In this document: piece by piece, positions 17,819 to 25,319 of the stretch
Layout: the number at the start of each line of letters is the position of its first letter
How positions within the stretch are numbered: position 1 is the first letter of the stretch
Program-made: the position numbers and the translations under genes
Assembly: GCA_041677685.1 (NCBI GenBank)
Contig: JBAYPN010000007.1
Span: 2,954 to 34,953 of the forward strand
Source of the DNA: an archaeon
GTDB taxonomy: Archaea; Iainarchaeota; Iainarchaeia; Iainarchaeales; CSSED10-239
Direction of reading: 5' to 3'
Length of the DNA stretch: 32,000 nucleotides
The notes under the pieces: model-generated
Told to the model about the DNA's origin: nothing
Seen by the model: only the letters and a program-made list of their open reading frames with translations
Databases searched by the model: none

Positions 17819-20331
17819 CATTAGACTTTACAGAAAATATAGTAATTGGAAGAACTCAAAAACAATTTGAGAAATATGGAGAAAAGGCAACTGGATATAT
17901 TGGTAAAGTTGTTGTCTCTAGTGGGGATGATCCTGTTCTTGGTAAAAAAGTGCTAATGGATATCTCTAGATCACATGTTATGATTGTTTGTGGAAAGCGC
18001 GGAGGGGGGAAATGCGTAACTGGAGACACACTTGTAGCATTAGATGATGGAACAGAATTACCTATCAAAGATATAGAAAAATCAAATAACAAAATACTTT
18101 CAATTAATAATAATTTAAAAATTAATAAAAAAAAGAAAAATAAGTTTTTCAAGAGAACAGTAGATAAAATTATGAAAGTCAAATTAAGAAGTGGAAAAGA
18201 AATAGAACTTACTCCTGAACACCCTCTGCTTACAATTACTGGATGGGTAGATATACAAAATTTAAAAGTTGGATCTAGAATCGCAACTCCTAGAAAATTA
18301 AACAATTTAGGTAAAAAAACATTATCTGAAGATAAAATAAAATTAATTGCGTATCTTCTTGCTGAAGGCCACCTCTCAAATAGAGTTATTCTATTTTGTA
18401 ACTCTGATAAAAAGATATTATTAGATTTTAAAAACACAATAGAAAAATTTAATAATGAACTTGATTTGAAAAAAATGGGATTATACAATTATAAAGTTAT
18501 TTGGAAAAAAGAAAAAAAGGAAAAAAACACAAAAAATACATTAAAAGAATATTTAAAAGAAATTAAAATGTATAACAAATTAGCACATGAAAAAGAAATT
18601 CCAGAAATAATATTTCAATTAAATAAAAAATCAATCCAATTATTTTTAAATAGATTATTTAGTTGTGATGGATCTATCTTTTTTGAAAAAGATAGATGCA
18701 GAATAAGCTACTCATCTTCATCTAATAAAATGATAAAGCAAGTTCAAAGTTTATTACTGAAATTAGAAATACTATCAAAAATTAGAACTAAAAAAACTAA
18801 AGTAAGACCTAATTATGAATTAGAAATATTTGAACAAGATGTAAATAAATATTGTAAAGAAATTGGATTTTGTGGAAAAAAAGAAGAAAGAAATAATCAA
18901 ATTAAAATTAAAAAAATTAATAACTCAAATATAGATACAATCCCTAAAGAAATATGGAATGCCTTTAAACCAAAAAGTTGGAAAGAATTAGGAGATAAAT
19001 TTAATTATAAAGTTCCAAAAGCACTCAGATCGTCAATTAATTATGCACCATCTAGAAGTAAATTACTGACAATTGCAAATAAAGAGAAAAATAAAGATTT
19101 AAAAAAAATCGCAGAATCAGATATATTTTGGGATGAAATTAAAAGTATTGAAATTAAAAATGGAAAATTTGAAGTTTATGATATAAGTGTGCCTAAAGAT
19201 TATAATTTTATTGCAAATAATATAATAATACACAACAGTTACACGTTATCAGTTATTATAGAAGAGATGGCAAGACAGCCTTTTGAAATTAAAGAAAGAC
19301 TTTCTACAATTGTAATTGATACTGTTGGAATTTTTTGGACAATGAAGTTTGGAAATAAGGAAGGTAAAGATTATCTTTCTAGTTGGGATCTAAAACCAGA
19401 AGGTATTGAGATTAGAAATATGATTCCTTTTGGAAAACAAGAATTTTATAAAGAAAAAAAAATACCTTTTGATCAACCTTTTTCCTTAAGAACCTCTCAA
19501 ATGGATCTTGAAGATTGGTTGGGTGTTTTTAGATTAACTTGGAAAGACCCTGAAAGTGCTTTACTTCAAAGAACTTTAGAAATTATTAAAGAAAAGCTTG
19601 GTAGTCTGTTTGATATTGATGATATTATTAAGGTTTGCTTAACAGATGAAGACACAAGTCAAGATATTAAAAATTCTTTGATAAATAGGATGAAGGTTGC
19701 AAAGTCCTGGGGTCTATTTTCAAAGGTTGGAACAACAACTAAAGAGTTTGCAAGAGCAGGAACTTTAACAGTCATCGATGTGTCAACATATAAGCAAGCA
19801 ATTGGTATGGAGGCAATCAAGGAGTTGATTGTTGGTCTTTTAGGAAAAAGATTATTTGAGGAAAGAATGCTTTATAGAAAGGAAGAAGAAATGAACTTAC
19901 TGTCTGGAAGAAGAAAAGAAAGTGAGATGCCGATTGTGTGGATGGTTATTGATGAAGCACATATGTTTATGCCTCAAGACAGACCTTCAATGGCCTTAGA
20001 TGTTTTGTTAGACTGGATAAGGGTTGGAAGGCAACCTGGGCTTTCATTAATTCTTGCAACACAGAGACCTAACAAACTTCACTCTGAGGCAATCTCTCAA
20101 TGTGATTTGTTTTTGTCTATGAGAATGACTGCTCAAGATGACATTAATGCTGTGGCTACCATAAGACCAAGTTATTTAAATGTGCCAATGGATAAGTTTT
20201 ATGCACAGATGCCAAAATCACAAGGGTATGCAATATTAGTGGATGACAATTCTGAGAAGGTTATGTTAATTAAGATTAGACCAAGACTTACCTGGGATGG
20301 TGGAAAGACAGCTAATGTTTTTACAGATTAG
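17815..20331 (+). CDS. HerA/FtsK-superfamily P-loop ATPase (DUF87-like) carrying an intein in the Walker A motif
   Basis: The extein is residues 1-66 plus 475-838. The restored Walker A is GKRGGGK|S, the Walker B is IVWMVIDEAHMF, and the LILATQRPNKL motif is typical of FtsK/HerA-type ATPases. Confidence 0.85.
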   Translation: MTLDFTENIVIGRTQKQFEKYGEKATGYIGKVVVSSGDDPVLGKKVLMDISRSHVMIVCGKRGGGKCVTGDTLVALDDGTELPIKDIEKSNNKILSINNNLKINKKKKNKFFKRTVDKIMKVKLRSGKEIELTPEHPLLTITGWVDIQNLKVGSRIATPRKLNNLGKKTLSEDKIKLIAYLLAEGHLSNRVILFCNSDKKILLDFKNTIEKFNNELDLKKMGLYNYKVIWKKEKKEKNTKNTLKEYLKEIKMYNKLAHEKEIPEIIFQLNKKSIQLFLNRLFSCDGSIFFEKDRCRISYSSSSNKMIKQVQSLLLKLEILSKIRTKKTKVRPNYELEIFEQDVNKYCKEIGFCGKKEERNNQIKIKKINNSNIDTIPKEIWNAFKPKSWKELGDKFNYKVPKALRSSINYAPSRSKLLTIANKEKNKDLKKIAESDIFWDEIKSIEIKNGKFEVYDISVPKDYNFIANNIIIHNSYTLSVIIEEMARQPFEIKERLSTIVIDTVGIFWTMKFGNKEGKDYLSSWDLKPEGIEIRNMIPFGKQEFYKEKKIPFDQPFSLRTSQMDLEDWLGVFRLTWKDPESALLQRTLEIIKEKLGSLFDIDDIIKVCLTDEDTSQDIKNSLINRMKVAKSWGLFSKVGTTTKEFARAGTLTVIDVSTYKQAIGMEAIKELIVGLLGKRLFEERMLYRKEEEMNLLSGRRKESEMPIVWMVIDEAHMFMPQDRPSMALDVLLDWIRVGRQPGLSLILATQRPNKLHSEAISQCDLFLSMRMTAQDDINAVATIRPSYLNVPMDKFYAQMPKSQGYAILVDDNSEKVMLIKIRPRLTWDGGKTANVFTD
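18013..19236 (+). mobile_element. Intein (408 aa) with a LAGLIDADG homing endonuclease domain
   Basis: Cys1 is the TGC at 18013. Block A is CVTGDTLVALDDG and block B is LTPEHPLL. The LAGLIDADG motifs are LIAYLLAEGHL and FLNRLFSCDGSI. The C-terminal blocks are VYDISVPKDYNFIANN and IIIHN (Asn at 19234-19236), followed by Ser+1. Confidence 0.85.
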
Positions 20332-20453
20332 TTTTCTTTTTAATTCCTTTTTCTAATTCTTCTTCTTTTTAACTTTTAATTTTAAATTTCTTTTTAACTT
20401 TAAACATTATCTTTTTTTACAATTTTTAATTTAAAGTTTTATTTTTTTCCAAA

Positions 20454-22040
20454 TTACAATCTATCTTTTTTATTTTTATTAAACTTTGCAATCATTCTTT
20501 TCTCTTCCCTTGTAATCTTAGATTTAAGATTTAGCAAACTTGTTTTTTCTTTCTTAATTGAATTAAATAATTCTTTTGTTTTATTTTTTCTAAACTCAGT
20601 AATCTTAATTGAATTTTCTTTAAATTTTGGTGTTAAAATTTTCACTTTACCAGAAACAAAGTAAGTGATTTTTTTTAAACCAAAGTAAACAGGCTTTTGT
20701 AAAACTATACTTCTATATAGATTAAGAAGACCTTTATCTTTATCTTTTAAATTATTACTATAAAGGTAAGCAATAAATCTAAAAATCCCAGAAACTATAA
20801 ACACAGCTAACAAAGCATATAGGTCATTATTGAAATGATTTTGAGCTAACTTAATTACTAAGGCACCAAACAAGGTTCCAAGTAATATTGCAGTTGATTG
20901 GATTATTATAAAATAAGAAGTATAGTGGATTACATCTTTTTTAATATTTTTATATAAATAATTATTAATTGCTAAATTAAAACCACCTAAAACAACCCCA
21001 CTTAAAAAACTCAAAAAAATAATTATAAAATTAGAATAATAAAAAATTGCTGGAATTATAACTAATAATGGCATGAAAAAACTAGTTGTCTTAATGATCT
21101 TAATTACTCCATAGTTGTCAGAAATGTACCCCCAATAACTTAAGCTTAGAATGGTTCCTGAAACTAAGGCAACTTTCCACCAAATATATCCACTATAACT
21201 ATAATTTAAAACCTTTAATAAAAAGTATGGCCAATATACGGTTCCAATGTAAAAGCCAAAATAAAAAAGTACTATGAAAATTAAATAATTTAAAAAAATT
21301 CTATTATTAATTACATCATTATTGAATCTTTTTAGAATTGAGGTTCTTACTTCACTAGTTTCTCTAAGTATTGACTCACGGTCTTCAGTAACATCAATTT
21401 TATTTAAATATCTAGAACTTATAAATCTTGCAACTCCTGCGAAAAGGAAAATTATTGAAAAACCAATTAATGTTTCATTTGAATTTATAAAGTCTAAAAA
21501 ATAACCAATACCTAAAATTACAAATATAGAAATTGTCTCTATGATAATGTGCTTTCTTGCAAAGAAATTACCCATAATACTAATTGGTAATAACCTTCTA
21601 AACCAGTCAGTGTAGATTGGATAAATTATTATTCCACAAGTGTAAATTAAAATGTAAATTATTATAGCAAACCAGATTGCAAGATTTTCTTTAAATAAGA
21701 CATGAGTTAGGGCAATTGGAATCCATAGTGCTGCTTGAATGGTTACTGATAATATCACAGGTGCTTTTTTAGATCTAAAATACTTTAAAATCTTATAAGA
21801 TAAAAGAACGGTAAAGGCAGAAATAAAGATTGGTAAAGAACTAAGTAACCCAACCTGTAAAGGATTTGCGCCCAATTCAATAATATATGGAGCTAAAAAA
21901 GTTATGGCAATGGTGTTCATTAAAACCCAAAAGACACCATCCATTATTGAGAAGTGCATATTTTTTTTTACATTCTCTTTTATTTTTTTATAAGGCACCA
22001 TAAGATTCACAAATAAAATGTATAAGTGTAAAGTATACAT
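20454..22040 (-). CDS. MFS-like multi-pass membrane transporter with a basic C-terminal tail
   Basis: There are about 12 hydrophobic helices in a 6+6 arrangement with a central loop, and a K-rich C-terminus. The start is uncertain: a TATA-like TTTATAAA at 22052-22059 (minus sense) favours the internal ATG at 22001 (MVPYKK...). Confidence 0.5.
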   Translation of the reverse strand: MYTLHLYILFVNLMVPYKKIKENVKKNMHFSIMDGVFWVLMNTIAITFLAPYIIELGANPLQVGLLSSLPIFISAFTVLLSYKILKYFRSKKAPVILSVTIQAALWIPIALTHVLFKENLAIWFAIIIYILIYTCGIIIYPIYTDWFRRLLPISIMGNFFARKHIIIETISIFVILGIGYFLDFINSNETLIGFSIIFLFAGVARFISSRYLNKIDVTEDRESILRETSEVRTSILKRFNNDVINNRIFLNYLIFIVLFYFGFYIGTVYWPYFLLKVLNYSYSGYIWWKVALVSGTILSLSYWGYISDNYGVIKIIKTTSFFMPLLVIIPAIFYYSNFIIIFLSFLSGVVLGGFNLAINNYLYKNIKKDVIHYTSYFIIIQSTAILLGTLFGALVIKLAQNHFNNDLYALLAVFIVSGIFRFIAYLYSNNLKDKDKGLLNLYRSIVLQKPVYFGLKKITYFVSGKVKILTPKFKENSIKITEFRKNKTKELFNSIKKEKTSLLNLKSKITREEKRMIAKFNKNKKDRL

Positions 22041-22083
22041 GTAAGAAAGAGTTTATAAAGAATTATGGGACTTTTAAAAAGAG

Positions 22084-22157
22084 TGCTCGAAGGGGGATTC
22101 GGACCCCCGTTATCAGAGTGAGAGTCTGATGTGATTACCGGGCTACACTATTCGAGC
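22084..22157 (-). tRNA. tRNA-Glu (anticodon CTC)
   Basis: The reverse complement is GCTCGAATAGTGTAGCCCGGTAATCACATCAGACTCTCACTCTGATAACGGGGGTCCGAATCCCCCTTCGAGCA. The acceptor is GCTCGAA/TTCGAGC and the anticodon stem is TCAGA/TCTGA with loop CTCTCAC. The T arm is GGGGG-TCCGAAT-CCCCC, with C at position 55. Confidence 0.88.
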
Positions 22158-22253
22158 AATAGAAATTAAAGATTGTAGATAATTTAAGATGAGAATAATT
22201 TAAAAAGCTTTTTTATAATTTTTAATTTTCATATTTTCAAAAATATCAGATTA

Positions 22254-22916
22254 TTATTTTTTGGATTTACTTTTTGATTTTTTTACGATTTCTTTTTTAG
22301 CTTTATTTTTATCTTCATCTAAATCATCTTCATCATCGTAGTCATCATCTTCATCTAAATCATCTTCATCTAAATCATCTTTACCATCATCATCTTTACC
22401 ATCATCTTCTTCGTCATCATAATCATCTTCATCATCGTGGTCACCACCCAAATTTTCCTCACCTTCATCATCACCAAAATTACTTTCTTTAAGATCATCG
22501 TCAAGGTCATCTAGGTCATCACCATCTGTTTCTAAATCAAATCTTTTATCATGTGTGTTTTCTTTTTTTATTCCTAAACTATTTGTGTTCTTAGCAATAG
22601 TGTTTGAAAAATGTAAAAAATATATAATTACAAAATTTAAAATAATAAATGCAAAGGAAATCTTATAAAAAAGACTACCATCTAAAAGTAAATATAATCT
22701 CACAAATAACAAAAGACTAAAAAATAATCCCAAATAATGAACATACCTAAATTTATTAAATAATTGTAAAGTGTTTACAAAAATAAAACCAACAATTGCA
22801 AAAATTACACTTATAAGCACTAAAACCGAATTAGATACAACAAAAGAAACAACAGTAAATACAAACAACAAATAAGGTGCAATTTTTTCTAAAAAAGATC
22901 TGTTTCTTTCCACCAT
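22254..22916 (-). CDS. Membrane protein with an extremely acidic D/E-rich tail and a K-rich terminus
   Basis: 220 aa. About 4 TM helices are followed by roughly 70 aa made mostly of D/E (DDLDDLDDDL...DDYDDEEDDGKDDDGKDDLDEDDLDEDDDYDDEDDLDED) and then KKSKSKSKK. Confidence 0.5.
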   Translation of the reverse strand: MVERNRSFLEKIAPYLLFVFTVVSFVVSNSVLVLISVIFAIVGFIFVNTLQLFNKFRYVHYLGLFFSLLLFVRLYLLLDGSLFYKISFAFIILNFVIIYFLHFSNTIAKNTNSLGIKKENTHDKRFDLETDGDDLDDLDDDLKESNFGDDEGEENLGGDHDDEDDYDDEEDDGKDDDGKDDLDEDDLDEDDDYDDEDDLDEDKNKAKKEIVKKSKSKSKK

Positions 22917-23188
22917 ATTTTTTCTCTCTAATTAAAATTATAAAAGCAATATAATTATAAGTAACACAAAGATATTTAAAGATATTTAAAAAAAAATATT
23001 TAAAATTATTTAATTTTTTAATATTAAAAATTAGAATTTAGGATCTATATATAAATGAGTCTTAGATAATTTCCAAAAAAAGTAATGTTAATTAAGCCAT
23101 GATAACTTACTTTTCGATTTAATCTTATTTTCTTAAGAGAAATACAAATTAAAAAAGGTTTTAAAATATTTGGTAACAAAGAATATTT

Positions 23189-23698
23189 ATGAAAAACAAA
23201 TTTGTAGGAATTTTAATAATAATTATAGCATTACTTATCGGTGGGATTACTTTTTTGTTTAATAGTGCAATGACAGACATCGTTAATGATTCTTGTTCTC
23301 ATGGTCCTGAGTGCACAATGTGGGACACAATCAACTTCCAAACAAGTATAAGTATAGGTGTTATGATTGGAGTAATAGTTCTTGGAATTTATCTAATATT
23401 GTTTGGAAGAAATGAAAAAATAATAACTAAAGTTAAAATTAAAAAAATAAAAGAGAAGCATACAAACAAACAACCAAAAACAAACTATACAAAAGTACTT
23501 TCAGAACTTGCAATTGATGAAAAAGAGGTTCTAGAAAAAATAATTGCAAATAATGGTTCAATTTATCAATCTGATCTGATTTTAAAAACTGGATTTACAA
23601 AAGTAAAAATTAGTAGAATTTTAGACAAACTTGAATTTAAAGAATTAATTGTAAGAAAAAGAAGAGGAATGACTAACATTATTATCTTGAAAAATTAA
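23189..23698 (+). CDS. Membrane-anchored winged-helix (MarR/TrmB-like) DNA-binding protein
   Basis: Two TM helices flank a short loop, DSCSHGPECTMWD. A K-rich linker follows. The C-terminal wHTH signature is EKEVLEKIIANNGSIYQSDLILKTGFTKVKISRILDKLEFKELIVRKRRGMTNIIIL. Confidence 0.65.
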   Translation: MKNKFVGILIIIIALLIGGITFLFNSAMTDIVNDSCSHGPECTMWDTINFQTSISIGVMIGVIVLGIYLILFGRNEKIITKVKIKKIKEKHTNKQPKTNYTKVLSELAIDEKEVLEKIIANNGSIYQSDLILKTGFTKVKISRILDKLEFKELIVRKRRGMTNIIILKN

Positions 23699-23805
23699 CT
23701 TTTCTTTTTTTACTTATAACTACTTTTCTTAACTCTTTAATTAAATTTTATTTCTAATATATTTTTTTAACCTTATTTTTATAATACCTTGATTATAATC
23801 CTCTT

Positions 23806-23843
23806 TGAAACTAGTTTCATAAGTATATATATAAGTAGTTTCA
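23806..23843 (+). promoter_or_regulatory. Candidate cop promoter/operator: a 14-nt perfect palindrome, a TATA box and a repeated half-site
   Basis: TGAAACTAGTTTCA (23806-23819) is a perfect palindrome. TATATATATA lies at 23824-23833. The half-site TAGTTTCA recurs at 23836-23843. The SD-like AGGTGA is at 23874-23879 and the copZ ATG is at 23886. Confidence 0.45.
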
Positions 23844-23885
23844 AAATAAGATAATTACAAATTAATTATAAAAAGGTGATTTAAA

Positions 23886-24089
23886 ATGGATCTAGAATTT
23901 AATGTAAAAGGTATGACATGTAAAAGTTGTGAGTATCTTATTAAGGAGGGACTTCTTGAAAAAAAAGGAGTTACAGAAGTTAATGTTTCCTCAGCTAATG
24001 GAAAGGTAAAAGTAATATTTGATGAAAACAAAATTAGTGATTTAAAAATAAAAGAAGTCATTAGAGAAAAAGGGTATAGGGTGAAATAA
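23886..24089 (+). CDS. copZ: Copper chaperone, HMA domain (CopZ-like)
   Basis: 67 aa with the GMTCKSCEYLI (MxCxxC) motif and a beta-alpha-beta-beta-alpha-beta-length domain. It lies in the operon upstream of copA. Confidence 0.85.
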   Translation: MDLEFNVKGMTCKSCEYLIKEGLLEKKGVTEVNVSSANGKVKVIFDENKISDLKIKEVIREKGYRVK

Positions 24090-24092
24090 ACT

Positions 24093-24773
24093 TTGAGTAA
24101 AAATAATAATTTTAAAATTGAAAAAAAAGCAATATTTATTATAATATTAACATTTATAATATCTTCAATAATTGAAATTGGAATTCATTTTTTATTTCTA
24201 AAAAGTTCAGGAATAATGATTGACTATGCTCTTTGGTTTTTATACCTAAACATCAGTATTGCTTTTCTTATAGGTTGCACCTGGCATTTTATAACCTATA
24301 AAGTCAAAATAAACTGTATGACTGGAATGATGATAGGGATGAGTCTTGGAATGCAGGCTGGGATGCTAATTGGAGGAATTGTTGGTATCACTAATGGTTT
24401 TTTTATAGGAGCAATGGCGGGAACATTGATTGGAGTTGGAATTGGGGTTTGGTCAGGACTACACTCTAAAACCACCATGGGTGTTTTACAGGGAATGATG
24501 TCTGGGATCATGGGTGGAACAATGGGGTCTATGATCACAGTTATGATGTTTACTGACCACATAAAAGCATTTATGCCAGTTTACATGCTAATCAATGTTG
24601 CAATATTAGTTGGTATGTCGTACATGTTTTATGAGGAAGCAATAAAGGACAATCATGAAGAATATAAGCTTGTGCATGTAAAAATATCAACAATAATATC
24701 AGTAACAGTAATTGTAACATTTTTATTAAATGGAGTTATTTTATTTTTACCAAAATCAATCTTTTTAGTATAA
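24093..24773 (+). CDS. Met/Gly-rich polytopic membrane protein inside the cop operon (uncharacterised)
   Basis: It has a TTG start 3 nt after the copZ stop. The helices are rich in Met and small-xxx-small motifs (CMTGMMIGMSLGMQAGMLIGG, GMMSGIMGGTMGSMITVMMFTDH). I recognise no family. Confidence 0.5.
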   Translation: MSKNNNFKIEKKAIFIIILTFIISSIIEIGIHFLFLKSSGIMIDYALWFLYLNISIAFLIGCTWHFITYKVKINCMTGMMIGMSLGMQAGMLIGGIVGITNGFFIGAMAGTLIGVGIGVWSGLHSKTTMGVLQGMMSGIMGGTMGSMITVMMFTDHIKAFMPVYMLINVAILVGMSYMFYEEAIKDNHEEYKLVHVKISTIISVTVIVTFLLNGVILFLPKSIFLV

Positions 24774-24795
24774 GTTTATAGGAGGGAAATAATAT

Positions 24796-25263
24796 ATGGG
24801 AAATAAGAAAACAATAGTCTTAGGAATTGTAGCGATTGCAATAATTGTTGCTTTTGGGATAATATCTGCATCTGCTTTTAATAATCCATCAAAAACAATT
24901 ATAAATGAAAATAACACATTATCAAATAATAAGATTTTAAATAATGACAACACTTCAAACAAAAATAATTTAGATCCAAAACAAGAGACACAAAAACAAG
25001 AAACACAAACTGCAACTTTAAGCTTTAAAAATTATGAATATGTTCTTACACCAAATACTTTAAAGAAAGGAATACCTGTAAAAATTACAGTTGATACAAA
25101 AACTGTTAATGGATGTATGAGAAGTGTAGTGATTAAAGATTTTGGGGTTAGAAAGTATGTTACACCAACAGACAACATAATAGAATTTACACCAAATAAA
25201 GAAGGAAAATTTCTAATTGCTTGTTCAATGAATATGGGGAAAGGTTTTTTTTCAGTAAATTGA
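24796..25263 (+). CDS. Membrane-anchored cupredoxin-like domain protein
   Basis: A strong SD (AGGAGG, 24780-24785) precedes it. It has an N-terminal TM helix, an N/Q-rich linker and a ~90-aa beta-rich domain. The C-terminal ACSMNMGKGFFSV resembles the Cupredoxin_1-type C..H..M ending, and a second Cys lies in NGCMRS. Confidence 0.5.
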   Translation: MGNKKTIVLGIVAIAIIVAFGIISASAFNNPSKTIINENNTLSNNKILNNDNTSNKNNLDPKQETQKQETQTATLSFKNYEYVLTPNTLKKGIPVKITVDTKTVNGCMRSVVIKDFGVRKYVTPTDNIIEFTPNKEGKFLIACSMNMGKGFFSVN

Positions 25264-25319
25264 ATTAAAAATTGTACTAAGAAAATAAATTGAAAAAAAT
25301 TAAATAAAAAAGAGAATTT

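Noticed and set aside
17856-18488. 210-aa minus-strand ORF
   Set aside because: It is antisense to the ATPase N-extein and intein, whose motifs are unambiguous. It is an artefact of the AT-rich, K-rich sense strand.
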